Source of the DNA: Rhodosorus marinus CCMP1338
Lineage: Eukaryota; Plantae; Rhodophyta
Assembly (NCBI GenBank): GCA_029953675.1
Contig: JAMWBK010000003.1
Coordinates: 1,054,001 to 1,118,000 of the forward strand
Direction of reading: 5' to 3'
DNA length: 64,000 bases
Shown here: piece by piece, positions 23,732 to 36,435 of the stretch
How positions within the stretch are numbered: position 1 is the first letter of the stretch
Layout of the letters: each line of letters begins with the position of its first letter
Translations under genes and position numbers: made by a program
The notes under the pieces: generated by a model
Database searches by the model: none
The model's input: only the letters and a program-made list of their open reading frames with translations
Told to the model about the DNA's origin: nothing

Positions 23732-25300
23732 CTTGAGGTTGTCTCAGTAAATCCTCTGCGCTAGGCAATCAACAGCACCACCCAACAAGTCCTACTTGCT
23801 TCACCAACGCAAGGGCTGAAGCATAGCACACCTTAATCCGCCTCAATCTCACAGATCGTCTCTATTCAGCAGCGTCTTCCAGTAGGATCCCTACTCAAGA
23901 ATCCAGCTGCCAAAGTCACCGGGTCCTGGTCCCTTCGAGAGAACAATTCTCTTGATATGACTTCGATCGAAAAGTATCACCACCAGGATTTCACAATACT
24001 GTTCGTAATCTCTCCTCAACCGATCGCCGCGATTAGAACACGGTCAGCGTTGCCCTCATTCTCCCTAGGTGATCTTCAACAATCTCCGCGCTGTCAAGAC
24101 CCTGTCCAAGAGTCGACGCTTCTCCGAAAGCTGCTCCTAACCAGGTTGATCGTTCTGCAAAACTATCAATGCAGCTATCAAAGCAGTAGTCGACTCGATC
24201 TTTTGCTATTGATCTGCTCCCCCGCCCCGTCGCGCGTGCAAAACCCTATCACTTTTTCGCGAGGTAAACATCGACAGGCATCGCGACTGCTTACTCGACG
24301 ATGTCAATAGCCTGGGTTTTCTAAGCGTTTTTCTTACTGGGACAGAGTAGTGTCTTGCATGAACTTTTGAAGATCAGTTAACAGTTTCTCTCAGCTGTTC
24401 CCCCCGCTTTTCCCTTGTCAAGTTTCACCGGGCATAGATTAAATCTCGTGTCATCTCGCGGCACTTGTCGCGCTGTATGCAGATTAACAGCGGCGCCCTG
24501 GACTTGGTTCCTTACTGAATCTTGCGAAGAGCCTGTGTGAGAAACCGCTGCAGACGATGTATGTATAGGTATTCACAGTCTCTCATCCAGTATCGAAAGC
24601 AGGAGCTTGAGTGCAGAAACCCAACCAACCACAAACGCTTGGAGGGGACTATGAAAGTTACCAAAATCGCTTAAGCTTTAACATCAAAACGAGCTCTATC
24701 CATGCTAGTAGCATTACTAGATGTTTGTTTAAGGTCCCGATCTGTTCCATCGCAAACTTCCATGGGCCTTCTGGGTGAAACCATGAGACTAACCCCCCGA
24801 CGTCACCGCTTCACTTGCGCGTGCAGAGTATCGTCTAATCATCGTCACCCCCTCCACATACCCCTTTTCAATAGTGACTGAATATATATTCTCTTGTGTA
24901 TTCATACAAGCGACCTATTTTTATATGGATTGAATCGGAAGATGACACTTATTTTGCTTCATTTTTATTTTACATGCATTTTGTCGAATTGGGATGCTGT
25001 GCAGCGAGCGAACTGGTTGATTAGACGAGCAAATGAGGGAAGTTCGGTTTCGTTTGAGGCGTTGCTAGTCAGTTTTTGACATGTGCTTATAATTCAAGCG
25101 AGAGATGGGTGACATACCATCAAACCAGGTAAGTTTTTGAAGACTTCTCATTGGAAAAGGCTGTATAGCGTCGTGCACGCACCGCTGACGATGATTCCAT
25201 GTTGAAAGTGCACCGTGGACAGTGGTTCTTGAGAAGCATTTTGTTGCAATGGACTAACACACGTTGCTCATTCCTGCTACGTCGCGGTTTTGATGAGAAG

Positions 25301-25726
25301 ATGAAGGTGAGCAGCGCCAGAGCAGGTAAAGTTCCTCTGAAGCCTGGCTTCTCGCAGCTTGATTGGCTGCGGAAGAAGAGTACGAAGATTCCGCCGCGGC
25401 CTCGAAATATTCTTTTAGAGGAGCTCAGGGAGCACTCTTCGGTGGGCAACGCTTGGACTGCTGTCAGAGGAAAGGTTTACGACATATCCCACTATTTAGA
25501 CTATCATCCAGGAGGGGGCCCTTATCTCATGATGGCCGCTGGGAAGGTTTGCGTTTGCCAGATATGATCGTAAGCACTCGATCAGCAATCTATGTGCTGA
25601 ATTGAAGCACATCTATTGTTCTCGTAGGATGCTACCGCCCTCTTCGATAAGTATCATTCTTGGGTTAATATTGAGTTCATGTTGGACAGAATGGTCATCG
25701 GCACCTTGGTTGGGAACCACACCTGA
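25301..25726 (+). CDS. Small cytochrome b5 heme-binding domain protein (like the NCB5OR N-terminal domain); 2 exons. The start could instead be ATG 25199.
   Basis: KVPLKPGFSQLDW, WTAVRGKVYDISHYLDYHPGG (heme His), and after the intron AGKDATALFDKYHSWVNIEFML. Stop TGA 25724-25726. Confidence 0.88.
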
Positions 25727-25989
25727 GATGCTGTAGGAAAGACTCCATGGGCACCGGCAGTCACAGACACTGAGTGGAAACGTGCTTTCGGTGCAACTCA
25801 ATTAATTTACTAGCTCTGTACAAGTAGCCTGCACAGTTCCTTATCTCGTATCGCGTGGCTTGAAGGAACGACGACTTGAATGCCAGGTCAAAGCAATTCG
25901 GCATGTATAAAATTTTTGATGAAGAATAGGAACCAGACTGGATCGATACAAACACTTCATTTGAGTGAGTTCGAGCGGTTGCGCCAGAC

Positions 25990-27527
25990 TCAGTTGCAAG
26001 GTAGTCCTCGAACGCCTCGCAACGCGCACTCAAGGAACGTGTCCGTGACACCGGATAACGTGATTCCAATTGTGTCGGAAACTGTTGTCACACCTAGCGC
26101 CCACTCCCTGTCACTGCTTGGAGTTTGATGAGACACATTCCAAAAGGTATTCACATAAGAAGCTCCGCCAAGAAGCCCCTCCCAAAGTATCATGGCGAAA
26201 ACTATCCAGGCGCTTTGAATCAGCTCGTAAGCCGTGACAATCAGGAGAACCACTAGGTTAACCAGCTGCATCCACAGAGAGACGGAAGAACAGTCAGGCA
26301 CCGGAAACAACTACATCAGTCCCGGGGGAAATTTGGATATCAAGTTTCCAACCTTTCGCGCGGAGGACAGAAAGGCTGCGGATCGATACCTGTAGTATTG
26401 CCAGAAGCCAAATGTTCTTGATCTTGATGAACGAAATCGACGAACGCGAAATGAACACTCCGATCTGGTAGAGAAACTGGTACGTCACGTACAAATCCCA
26501 CTTTCGATCGGTCGAACCGGCATCCGTTTGTTCTCTCAGTACTCTGCGGACGTTTACAAAATCAACCACAGGAAGTACTCCCTGGTTTATCGTATACTCG
26601 AAGTAGTAAACCAGCATCAACGGGAGCATATATTTTAGAAACAGAACCTTCAGGAGAGGTAGCTTCTGTATGAAGGCTCGCGGGCCGAGTAATATTGGCC
26701 GTGCATCGGTGACAGACGATTTCTCTGGCTTGCGGAGGATAAAGTAGTAGGTTAGCAGCAGCCCCAAAGGAATCGGGGAGGTTAGTCGGAGCGTCGTTCT
26801 CGGAGTCAAATTGCATACGACCGTCAAGAGAAAGTAGAAACCTGCCCCAAAAATCCCTTCGCGCATTGTAGCACATAGAGCACAGGGGTTAAGGGCAACC
26901 TTCAGCGCGAGAAAGATGATCTATCCGTTTGGGTTGCTCTGTACCTGCTCCACCGGTTCCAGAACTCCAAGCGCCGATTGTCTTCGGGGAATACGTTGCC
27001 GTTAGTGACAGGAAACTGCTCTCACCGAGCCCACCGACGAGAGAAACAAAAGCAATGGCGCTCAAGCGGATTGCAGTGCTTTCTACTCCTGCAATGATGA
27101 AGAAGACGGAGAATGGAACCAGCGAAATAAATGCAATCCTGATACTGTATGGGATTGTATGGACTCCAAATCCGTATAAAAGCTTCACCACAAGCCCTGG
27201 GGTGGCAGCTGCAAGGAGTACAGCACCTGAATGATCCTCAAAAATGTGCTCTGCAGCCTACGAGTGCAAGTACACACGAATGTTGAGTTTTAGAATTCTT
27301 GCTACAGGTCCTTCACTGGCACAGGTGACAGTACTCACAGATAGGATGACAACATAGCAAAAGTTATTAATCAATCCAAAAAGGAAAAAGGCGACAATGT
27401 TACGCAGATGCTCAGGCTCATCCGAAAGTCTTTTCGCTATGTCATCTGCTTCTTGGCTGAGACCAGGACCGTCCTCGGGTTCCTCGAAGTCCTCATCTAT
27501 CTCAATTTCATCCACTCTCCTCTGCAT
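25990..27527 (-). CDS. CLN3: CLN3/battenin (BTN1) family membrane protein; multi-exon
   Basis: FFLFGLINNFCYVVILS, LGESSFLSLT, WSSGTGGAG, PLMLVYYFEYTINQG, YQIGVFISRSS and EGLLGGASYVNTF. ATG 27527 (MQRRVDE). Confidence 0.93.
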
Positions 27528-28284
27528 CCTCGGCTCGTCAGACCCAGAAGAACGAAATATGGACTCGAACGGCAGTCCGTTTTCTCCTGAAGCAGCGTTC
27601 AGTCCCAGTCCTTCCTTCCACAGGACTCGACGAAAGCGCTTTGTCAACCGTAGTTCATTCTCGGTCTCTACGAAACAATGGATGCCATGAGCTAGAGGGC
27701 ACCTAGTTCACTTCTTTGATCATCCATTGAATATTTCACGTGAACAATTTTGCTCAGTGCTTAACGAGGACGTGGGCTATAGATACTTCAGTGATGCAGC
27801 GGTACTCATTTTTCGGTTTGCCATTGCTAACGGGATTGCAATGAGGTATCGCGACGTATCCAGCTGTCGAAGCCAGTTTCTGACAGCCTTAGCCTACTCA
27901 ACCTTGGCTTTCTCTGCTGTTGTTCATCAGCGAGTTACGAGCAAGGTGCTCCGTCAACGACGCCCAACCTCGTAGCAGCCATGATTGATCAGTTCACAGG
28001 ATTGTAAGGCGTAATTTCGGTGGCTAGTTCGATGCGATTAGCTCTTTCTATCCGACATTCTGGATGAGTCTACCCTGCCCTGTCCGGTCTTGCTTCTGGA
28101 GCTCAGTCAAGCAAAAGAGCTCGGCTCCATCCCAGGTTTTGGCTACTGGTGAGTAGATCCGCACTTCACATGCTTCGGGACGGCTCGGTTGGTTGTAAGA
28201 CGCCTCTTGGCTATGTAGAAAAGGAGATCGCGTCGGAGGCGGGGAAGAATGTAATGAAGGCCCTTTGGAGGATGTTCTAATATT

Positions 28285-28683
28285 ATGGTAGGGATGTGTG
28301 ATGACGACCAGACCTTGTATGATATCTTAGAAGTAGATCCTCGTGTGGGGCAAGCAGCGATTCGTTCGGCATATCGTCAGCTTGCCGTGCGATGGCATCC
28401 CGATAAGAACGTTGACAGCAAGCGAGAGGCAGAGGCGAAATTCAAGAAGGTGTCCCTGGCCTATGAAGTGCTATCCGACAAAGAGAAGCGCGCCGAGTAT
28501 GATCAGCATTTGAGCCATCCGGAGGAGCTCCGAACTCTACTGGAATCGTTCGAGAGCAGTGAGGAGAGGCAACACCCTCTCGCTATGTTCCAGCTTTTCT
28601 TTGCCGGTGAGGATCCGTTTGTCAAGCATTTTGGCCGCCAGTCGTTTGGAGGTGACCTTTTCAGCTCGACGGAGATGGACTAA
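28285..28683 (+). CDS. Small J-domain protein (DNAJB6/B8-like N-terminal J domain plus short G/F region), intronless
   Basis: LYDILEV...AYRQLAVRWHPDKN...FKKVSLAYEVLSDKEKRAEYD followed by FQLFFAGEDPF. Confidence 0.9.
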   Translation: MVGMCDDDQTLYDILEVDPRVGQAAIRSAYRQLAVRWHPDKNVDSKREAEAKFKKVSLAYEVLSDKEKRAEYDQHLSHPEELRTLLESFESSEERQHPLAMFQLFFAGEDPFVKHFGRQSFGGDLFSSTEMD

Positions 28684-29013
28684 ACCGCCAGACAACTCGG
28701 GGTGGATGGCCCATCGCTATGAACCGTGGGGATTTCGATGCCCGCTCCGCGCAGATACAACAGGACTTGGCTGGCCATCCAGTTAGGCAAATCGTGCAAG
28801 CACGCCGTGGAATTCTGTCCGTGCCCGGCAGGGCGGGAGCGTATCCATCTGGCGCATATAGAGTCAAGCCTCGCCGACTATGTAAACGTATTTTCAAGCT
28901 CTAAATTCACAATCAAGAAGCAATAATCTTGCACCAACAGGGACATAGCCCCCATCGTTGCTACGACCGCCTCGCAACATGCCCCGCACCTTTCCATCCA
29001 ACTCCACCGCCAT
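28680..29013 (-). CDS. Candidate 2-exon small gene (73 aa, MAVELDGK-SARLDSICARW...), function unknown
   Basis: Strong-context ATG (gccaagATGG) next to an AT-rich promoter island, donor GTGCGG at 28989, acceptor acatAG at 28878, and an open 198-nt exon to TAG 28680-28682. No homology recognised. Confidence 0.3.
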
Positions 29014-30666
29014 CTTGGCAATCCACACGATGTAAGGTGTTTTATTGTATAAAACTATATTTTATCGTTTAATCTATAGAAATAACCCATAAATCGATAC
29101 AGACAGAGATTCCGATTCCAAAAAAAAACAAACAAACAAAAACGCAACAACAGCTCAAATCCCTGTTTTTTTTCAAGACGAAGACACGGCTTGATCGCCC
29201 CCAAGTTGAAATTTGACCTATTTACGTTGATTCCACTCAACCCCGTCCTTTTCCAACGGAAAAGTCCGTCTATCAAAATCTTTCAGACATTTGTCCAGGA
29301 GTCTTCAAAATGAAAATAAAAAACAATATACTGCGGCAAACATCTAAAATAGATTAAAAAAAGGAGCGATATAAGTCATCACCGGAAAAAACAAAAACAA
29401 AAAAGGACACTAGAGTTTTAGAAAAAAAAAGAACTTTTCCCCCAAAAATTGTTTGGACGGTATAGACAGGCTGTCCAAATCGTGTTCACTGGTGGGATTT
29501 CTGGCCATTCGATGAAGAACCAATGGGGTCCTTTAACCAGAAAGGTCACGTCTGGTGTAAGAAAGTTTTTAGAAAACTATAAGAGTCTTTTTTTGTTGGG
29601 GTGGTATATGTCGTAGGCGGGCATGGTGGCCCGTGTGAGAAACGTGTTTTCCCTTTGATATGAAAGTATGATGATGAAACTCGAGGGTGAGATGGCAATT
29701 TGTCGCGAAGTTTTATTTGTCCAAAAATGAGACTTTCGTCTATTTTTGTAGGGAATCAATCATTTGATATCGAGAATAGAAGATAGTAGGAAGGGGGGGG
29801 TGGGGGGGTGGGGGTGAGGCCGGAGAACTTGGGGGGAGAGGAGGATTTGATCCCCCCCTTCCCCCCGAAGTTACTGAAATTTAGTTTTGAGAATAAACTC
29901 CGGGCAGTTTTCTATTTTTCCAAAATCCGTTTCATATCTTACACCATTATCGATCCGTGAAATTTATTCTCGAAAAACATTAAATCTTCCTCGGGTGGTT
30001 TTGTCTCTGGTGAAACACAATGAAACTTTCATCAACTGAAACAATCAAAGAGAGGGCCTCTTTTCCCAATTTTTTCAGAAGAATTTTATGCTTTTGTTTT
30101 TTTGGAATTAACCAAGCTCTTGATCCAGAAACATATTCCATAATTTGCCAGACTTAAAATAATGTCGAGTATTTCCAAAATCCGGATCCGGGCGACATAA
30201 AGCACATTAATTGTGTCTAAAATAAATGATTTGATCATAATATACATTTTGTTTAGATTATATATTGTAGATTATGAAGGAATATAAATTGTGTCTACTT
30301 TATGGATATATTTGGATTATCTTTTTTTTATTTTGGGAGGCCTTCTTGTCGGGAGATGACGTATGTAGCCTTTTAGCTGTTAAGTACGACAGCTACCAGG
30401 TTGGAAAAGGACGGGGAAGGCATGCTCAGCAGCCTCATGATAATGAACGTAGGTTGGTGAGGAATTGGTTGAGGCTGGGTCGGACCTCAAGATTTTGGTG
30501 AGCTGTTCTGGTTGTGGGTTGCCTGCTGCGAAGGTTAGTTTTCGGGGCGATGATGGGTCGCTTGGTTGGGGGTTGGTAGTGGGAGCTGGTGGTGTGCGGT
30601 GAAGGATCAAGGGAGGTTGGGGGGAAGGGAAAGTTGGGCACCTGTTTTGAATCTGAACTTAAAAGT

Positions 30667-33600
30667 ATGGTTAAGAGTACACCCGAAATCTCGTTCTCTA
30701 AGGGGTCGGAGACATCCCTTCTCTCGAAGGGAGAGCCGATGACCGCATGGGAGCTGAAGGGTGTACACAGAGGCGTATTCTCTCTGGTAGAATCTAATTC
30801 TGGAAAACTGCGCAAGGGGCATAGAGTGATTCCTCCAAAGGACGTGAAGAAGTGGTTCCAGCATATTATTCGCTTCAAGCGCAGGAACGCTTCTGCTCTG
30901 CCTGCTGCCGCAGTTGAGCCAACAAAAGCGCGAAGCGTTTCAGAGACATCCAAGGCCTTTGAGGTCGCAGAAAGTGCAAAGAGGGTGCCAACAGCCGCTC
31001 AACAAGCAACTCCGGCTAGCAGCCAAGCGCCAACTGCGTCCCAGCCGGCAAGCAACGCTCCTACCGGCGCGATAGTTGGAGGTGTTCTGGGGGCAGCGGC
31101 ACTCGGCGGAGCAGGGGCTGCGGTTGTGGGTAACAATCTCAAGTCAAACCATGAAGCTGAAGATGAGAGCCCAACGAAGGCTGATGACGGCGCCGCTCCT
31201 GCCGAACCTGTTGAAGCTCAAGAATTTTCGATGGCAGAGGAGCCCATTGCGGTGCCAGAACAAGATTCTGGTGCAGTGGCCGCGGGAGTCTTGGGTGGTG
31301 CTGCCCTGGCGGGAACGGCTGCAGCTCTCGTCGGTTCAGAGCTGAAGTCCGAGGACGAGCAAGAAAATGCAGGCAACGCAGAACTGGAAGACACCAGCGC
31401 TTCTGTCGAGCCCGTTGAAGCTCAAGAATCTGCAGCTATATCGATATCCACTGAAGAACCAGCGCAGGAGATGGTTGGGAGTCAAGGGTTGGATGCAGGG
31501 ATTGTAGGAGCTACAGGCCTGGCGGCTGGGGCGGCAGCGGCAGCTGCAATGACCTTGGAAGGAGATGAGGACGAGACCGCTGCGGATCAAAAAGCGGACG
31601 AGAGTTCACTGCCCGAGGCATCTCTAGAAGAGGCTCAACTTGCGGGTATGCAAGTGTCGGGAGATGCTGGTGAAACTCTCTGTGGAGCAGCCGAAGGTGT
31701 CGCTGGCGTCGCTACTGCAACGGCTGCGGCCGCTACGACTCTCGGTGGTATGAGCGAACAGGAAGAGTCCTATGTTGAGGAGATCGTAGAAACGTACTCC
31801 ACTGACGCGGACGACGATGGTGCATACGACGAAGAAGCAAATAACGGGGAGCAAGTTTCCAACATCGAGAGTGCGCCCCATGCGGGGCAACTCAGTGGCG
31901 AAAAAGCAGGCTCAGCGAATGTAGCTGCCGAAACTTCAACGATTGGAGGGACTGCGCTTGCAGCAGCTGCTGGCGTAGCTGCTGTGGGAGCTATTGCCGA
32001 CGAGAGGACCAGCACTGAGGCAGAGGGCGGAGAACCTCTTGATCAAGTTGAGGAGGAATTGACGGATGAGAGCAACAACGTGAGTCCCAATTTGAAAGAA
32101 TCTGGAGAAACAGCAGGGGCAGAGTTGAACTGGTCAGAGTCGGCCAACCATGCCGGCGATCATGATCCGGCTGCGGATCTCGATTCGTCCGCTGTTGGAG
32201 CCGTGCTCGCTGCAGGAGCTGCTGGCTTTGGAGCTGTGGCTGGGGTTTCGCTCTTAGCAGACGAGACTCCCCCGGAAGCGGAGGCAGAGAAAGAGGCACC
32301 AACAGGCGCTGAAAGCCAGGGGGATAAGACACTGAGTGAAGCGTCCGGACTTGATGTGGAGAAATCCATTTTGGAGGAAGGCAACGCCAACGCAGTTGCT
32401 GGCGTGCTCGCCGGAGCTGGGGCAGGAATTGCCGTGAGTGAGCTGACAGCAGAGGACACTGCTGGGAAGCATGACACTTCGGCACATGATTCGTCGGTTG
32501 TCATGGAAGACACTTCTGCGGTCATGGATGATTCGCCAAGCCCAGTCCAAGTCGAGTTTGCTGTTGAGGAGAAGGGCATTGATACGGATTCGGCCCCTGT
32601 GATCGTGGGTGCCGCAGCTGCGGAGACAGCCGCAGCCGACGCTGGCTTGGACTCACTAGCTGAGAAGTTTAAGAAGTCGAGAGAAGAAATTGAATCCATT
32701 AACGCGAATGGCCAAGGGAGCATGGTGCAAGACGAATCCAATATCGCCGCTGACAGCGCTTTCGCTGCTGTCCCGGTAGCGGCCGTGGCCGGAGCCGCGG
32801 TGGCCTCCGAGCCTGCAGGAAAGAACCTTCGCACTGTCGTCGAGTATGACACGGAGGACGAAATCGCCTCAGAGGAATCAGCAAGGTCCGGACCCCCGGC
32901 CATCATTACTGCGTCGGCGGTGAAGAGTAAAACCGCAAAAGTGCCGGCCGCGTCGAGAAAAATGGGAAAGGTCGCTGGATTCTTCGCCACAATTGTGTGC
33001 TTTGCCGCTGGTTTCGGCGTGATTGGACTCATTTTGATAGGTCACTTCGCTATGACTTACAATCATCTCTGCCATGGAAGCGTAAGATATATTCCCCCAT
33101 ACCATAGTCGTCCTGTTGACTGCTAGCAGCTTGTTCGAGCATTTGTTGATATCATCATTCTGGACACAACCAAACCACAGTTAATCGGACATGCAGACCG
33201 AGTCGCTTGGAAGGGTGACTTCGACTCATATAAACTTCCGGAGCTCACCGATGTGCAAAGGGAGAAGTGCTTCACTGAAGTGGAGCCGGCGGATCTTGAT
33301 GTACGAACGAGCACATGTTTTTTTTTCTCGGATGCCTGACCTCAACTCCTGCTGATATGTGCGTTCATAAAAAATGCTTGTTCTGCAGATCTCAGGAGCG
33401 GGACCTTCTACTGTGAAGGACGTAGTAGTATCAAATGTGGGTTAACAACCAAGGAGTGAAGTGACAATGCAAACCCTGCTAGTGGATGGCTGAACTGTGT
33501 TTCCTCTACCGATTAGGTTCATTTTGACGCCGACGAGACTGCCCACAGAGACACAATTTCTCACTCAATTTTATCAGATGTAAGTTGTTCTTTCGAAGAG

Positions 33601-36001
33601 TGTCACGTAAAGGCGTACTGCAAGGTAATTGACAAGTGACGGCTGTGTGCGTGGAGCAGGTTACACATCACGGAACTCACCAAAGCAACGGGCGACAGAT
33701 CTTGAAATCAGTTGTTCACTCGGTAAGCACGGAAAAAGCTTGCTTCTTTGACGTTTCTTGGTTGCTTACATAGATATGTGCTCTTAAACTCTGATGAACA
33801 TGAAGACGACGTATGAAGGTCAGTCCAGGATAGAGAAACTGCTGGTGAAGAACTCGATGCTCTACAGGGTACGAAGCGTTCGTGCACCAAAGAAACATGC
33901 TCAGGACTAATTTCACCTGATTGAACCGTTTCTTTTACCTGTTTCCGGAGCAGACTGTCTTTGCGAGCGGAACGATCATTCATAAACCTTCCATTCTTAG
34001 TAGCCTGATCGGAAGAGTTTCGTGTATGGAATCGGCTGTGATAAGTTCCCCAAAGATATGGAAATCAACGATAAGAGATGTAAGTCCAATACTTGATAAA
34101 CAGGTTTCAGTTATGGATCAACCGCAAACTGATGCTTCGGTTCGTTCGTGTGATAGGTTGAAATCAGTGGCCGCGCTGCATTGTCAAGAGGTAGCGTGAA
34201 GAGCAGTGATATTATTGACGTATGTGCATTCAAACCAGTGACCCCTCTGGGTGACCCCTCTGGGTGGAGGAAGACTCAAGTCGCTCTGGCTAACAGTTGC
34301 TCTTCTGTTGATACGTTTTGCTATAGACGCGCGCACTTGGACCCATGTCGATCGAAGGAATGTCGGTTAGCTCTAGCTCGGTCGTAGGATTGGCTGTTGG
34401 TGGCGACTTGACCGTAGATAAGACCTCCATTTCTTCGTCCTCGGTGGAGAAGGTACTTGCGCGATTGCCTGGGTTCATATATCTACGCCAAGCGTTTTGC
34501 TAACTGTCGCTCCCGGCAACAGGTTTACCTGCTTCAGTCCTTGTTTTTGTCCAAATCGTCGATATCAAAGTGCAAAATCAACGAGGTATTAAGGCCACGG
34601 ACGCTTGACTGAACTTTTCGCGAGGCCTACCTCTTGAAATAATTTAACTCTGCAATTTCTCGTCTGCTTTTTTTTGTCCAGTTTGAAGTACTTGATTCCA
34701 CGTTCCTAGGCAAAGTCGCCGTGTCAAAGTCTGACGTCAAGAATGTGAGTCTTTTGGAAAGCAAAATGGGAAACGCCAACCCCTCACACCAGCGGCGTAT
34801 CCCTCATTTTCCCGCACGATTTTGAATTCTGCTTCTGTAGGTTGTCTTCAAAGAAAACCTGAAGCTGGACGAAGTCGCAGTCAGCGGTACCTTCTTGTCC
34901 GAGGTATGTTATTGAACTAGTGCAATGACCATTTTAAGAGCAACTACCGTGCAGACGTACTGAAAGGAGAGCGACACTGATGTGAAACAGGTGTTCGCGA
35001 AGCGTTCGGTTCAGATGAAGGGAGTTACTATCAAAGATTCCGCTCTCGGACTTTTCACGGTCGGAGAGTCAGCCACTCTGTCGAAGTTGTCGATGCTAAG
35101 AGGAACACTGTTGAAGGTATGACTCGTCCTACTCCTTCGATTACAGCTGCGAGCGTCAAACCTTACGTTTTCGTCGTGGACGTTATTCTGGACAATAGAG
35201 TCTGTTCCAAGGACGCGTAGATGCGGAAGGAATTGTTATTGTGGATTCTGTCGTGGAGGACGTGAGTGCAAGACCCCCCCAAAAGAAGTGTCTGCTCTCA
35301 TTCTTTGCGAGATTATGGCTAAAACGTTCCTTGAACTGCTAGGTACTTTTCGGAGATATTTCATCGTTCAATTCCGGAACTTTCAAGGCCTCCAAAATCA
35401 AGTCAGTGGCCTTCCTAGGCCCGGTCTCGTTTTCCAACTCGAAGTTTAAGGATGTTTGGTTTGAGGATGTGACTTTCGGAGGTCCTGTTTCGTTTGATGG
35501 TACCAAGTTTTCAAGCACGACCTTTGCCAATGTGAGTCATGTTTCTCTCCTCCCACGGTGGAACCGGTGTGCATGTTCTCAGCCGTCATTTTCCTGTGAT
35601 CAGTGTGTTTTCAAGGACGCAGTTGACTTCGGGAGCGCGGATGCTAAGGATACTGTATTCTCGAAGGTAGGAACAGCGCCAAACTCTTCTGGAAACTAGT
35701 TAATGGGCGCGTTTCTCATCTCAGAAGTTTTCGTGGTTTCCCGCAGACTCTCTTCGAAGGAAACATTGAGTACGAGCCGAGCTCAGGAATGCACGACCTA
35801 AGGTTGAAACCTGTAAGCAGTTCGAAGATTTTACTGCTGAAAAGGCTTGGTTGGGGTCTGAACTGTTTCTCGTGTTGCTGATTTCTTGTGTAGTTCGACG
35901 TGCTGAGACCTGCAACTGTTGGCGGCCGACCGAAGAAGCAGATCTCCAACGGTCTTGAGGAGATGATTAGGAAGAGCGAGGCCATGTTGCAGGAGCAGTA
36001 G
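30667..36001 (+). CDS. About 1296-aa predicted type II membrane protein: acidic Ala/Gly-rich N-region, one TM helix, C-terminal 21-residue-repeat pentapeptide-like beta-solenoid; 18 exons
   Basis: Hand-assembled GT-AG exons: 30667-33081, 33181-33300, 33389-33436, 33517-33579, 33660-33722, 33806-33868, 33954-34079, 34157-34219, 34327-34452, 34523-34585, 34682-34744, 34841-34903, 34991-35116, 35199-35261, 35343-35531, 35604-35666, 35747-35812, 35894-36001. All are open and all introns are phase 0. TM segment VAGFFATIVCFAAGFGVIGLILIG. The true start may lie upstream. Confidence 0.85.
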
Positions 36002-36435
36002 TTGTCAAGCACTCCAAACGTGAATAAGAGCCCAGTGTGTCTCGCCCTTTTGTAATTAGGCCGATGAGTTTCCCCTTGTCTATCGATGTGTGTATGATCT
36101 CTGAAGTAAGCGATGCAACGAGGCGTTTCCTCCTTGCGTTTTGCTGATGTTTTTTTCAGAAGAGTAATGAAGAATTTATTTGAGAACGTACATCTCGCCA
36201 ATCTGACATCCCCAAAATGAGCAGCGAGTCATCATTCGCGTGTCCACATCCTCACGCTCGACATTCCGTGTATTCGACTGTAGCTCAGTCGAGGTGCGGT
36301 AGTATCAACAGATACTCGGAGAATATCGAAACCGATGCAGGACGGCCAAACCGAGGCCTTCAAGCCCTAACTACTTTGGCCGAATACGGCAGAAAGGATT
36401 CTAGTTGTCGCTCCTCCGCGTAGACGGCCTTGACG

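Noticed and set aside
23957-24310. 117-aa plus-strand ORF upstream of the helicase
   Set aside because: Non-protein-like composition and no motifs.
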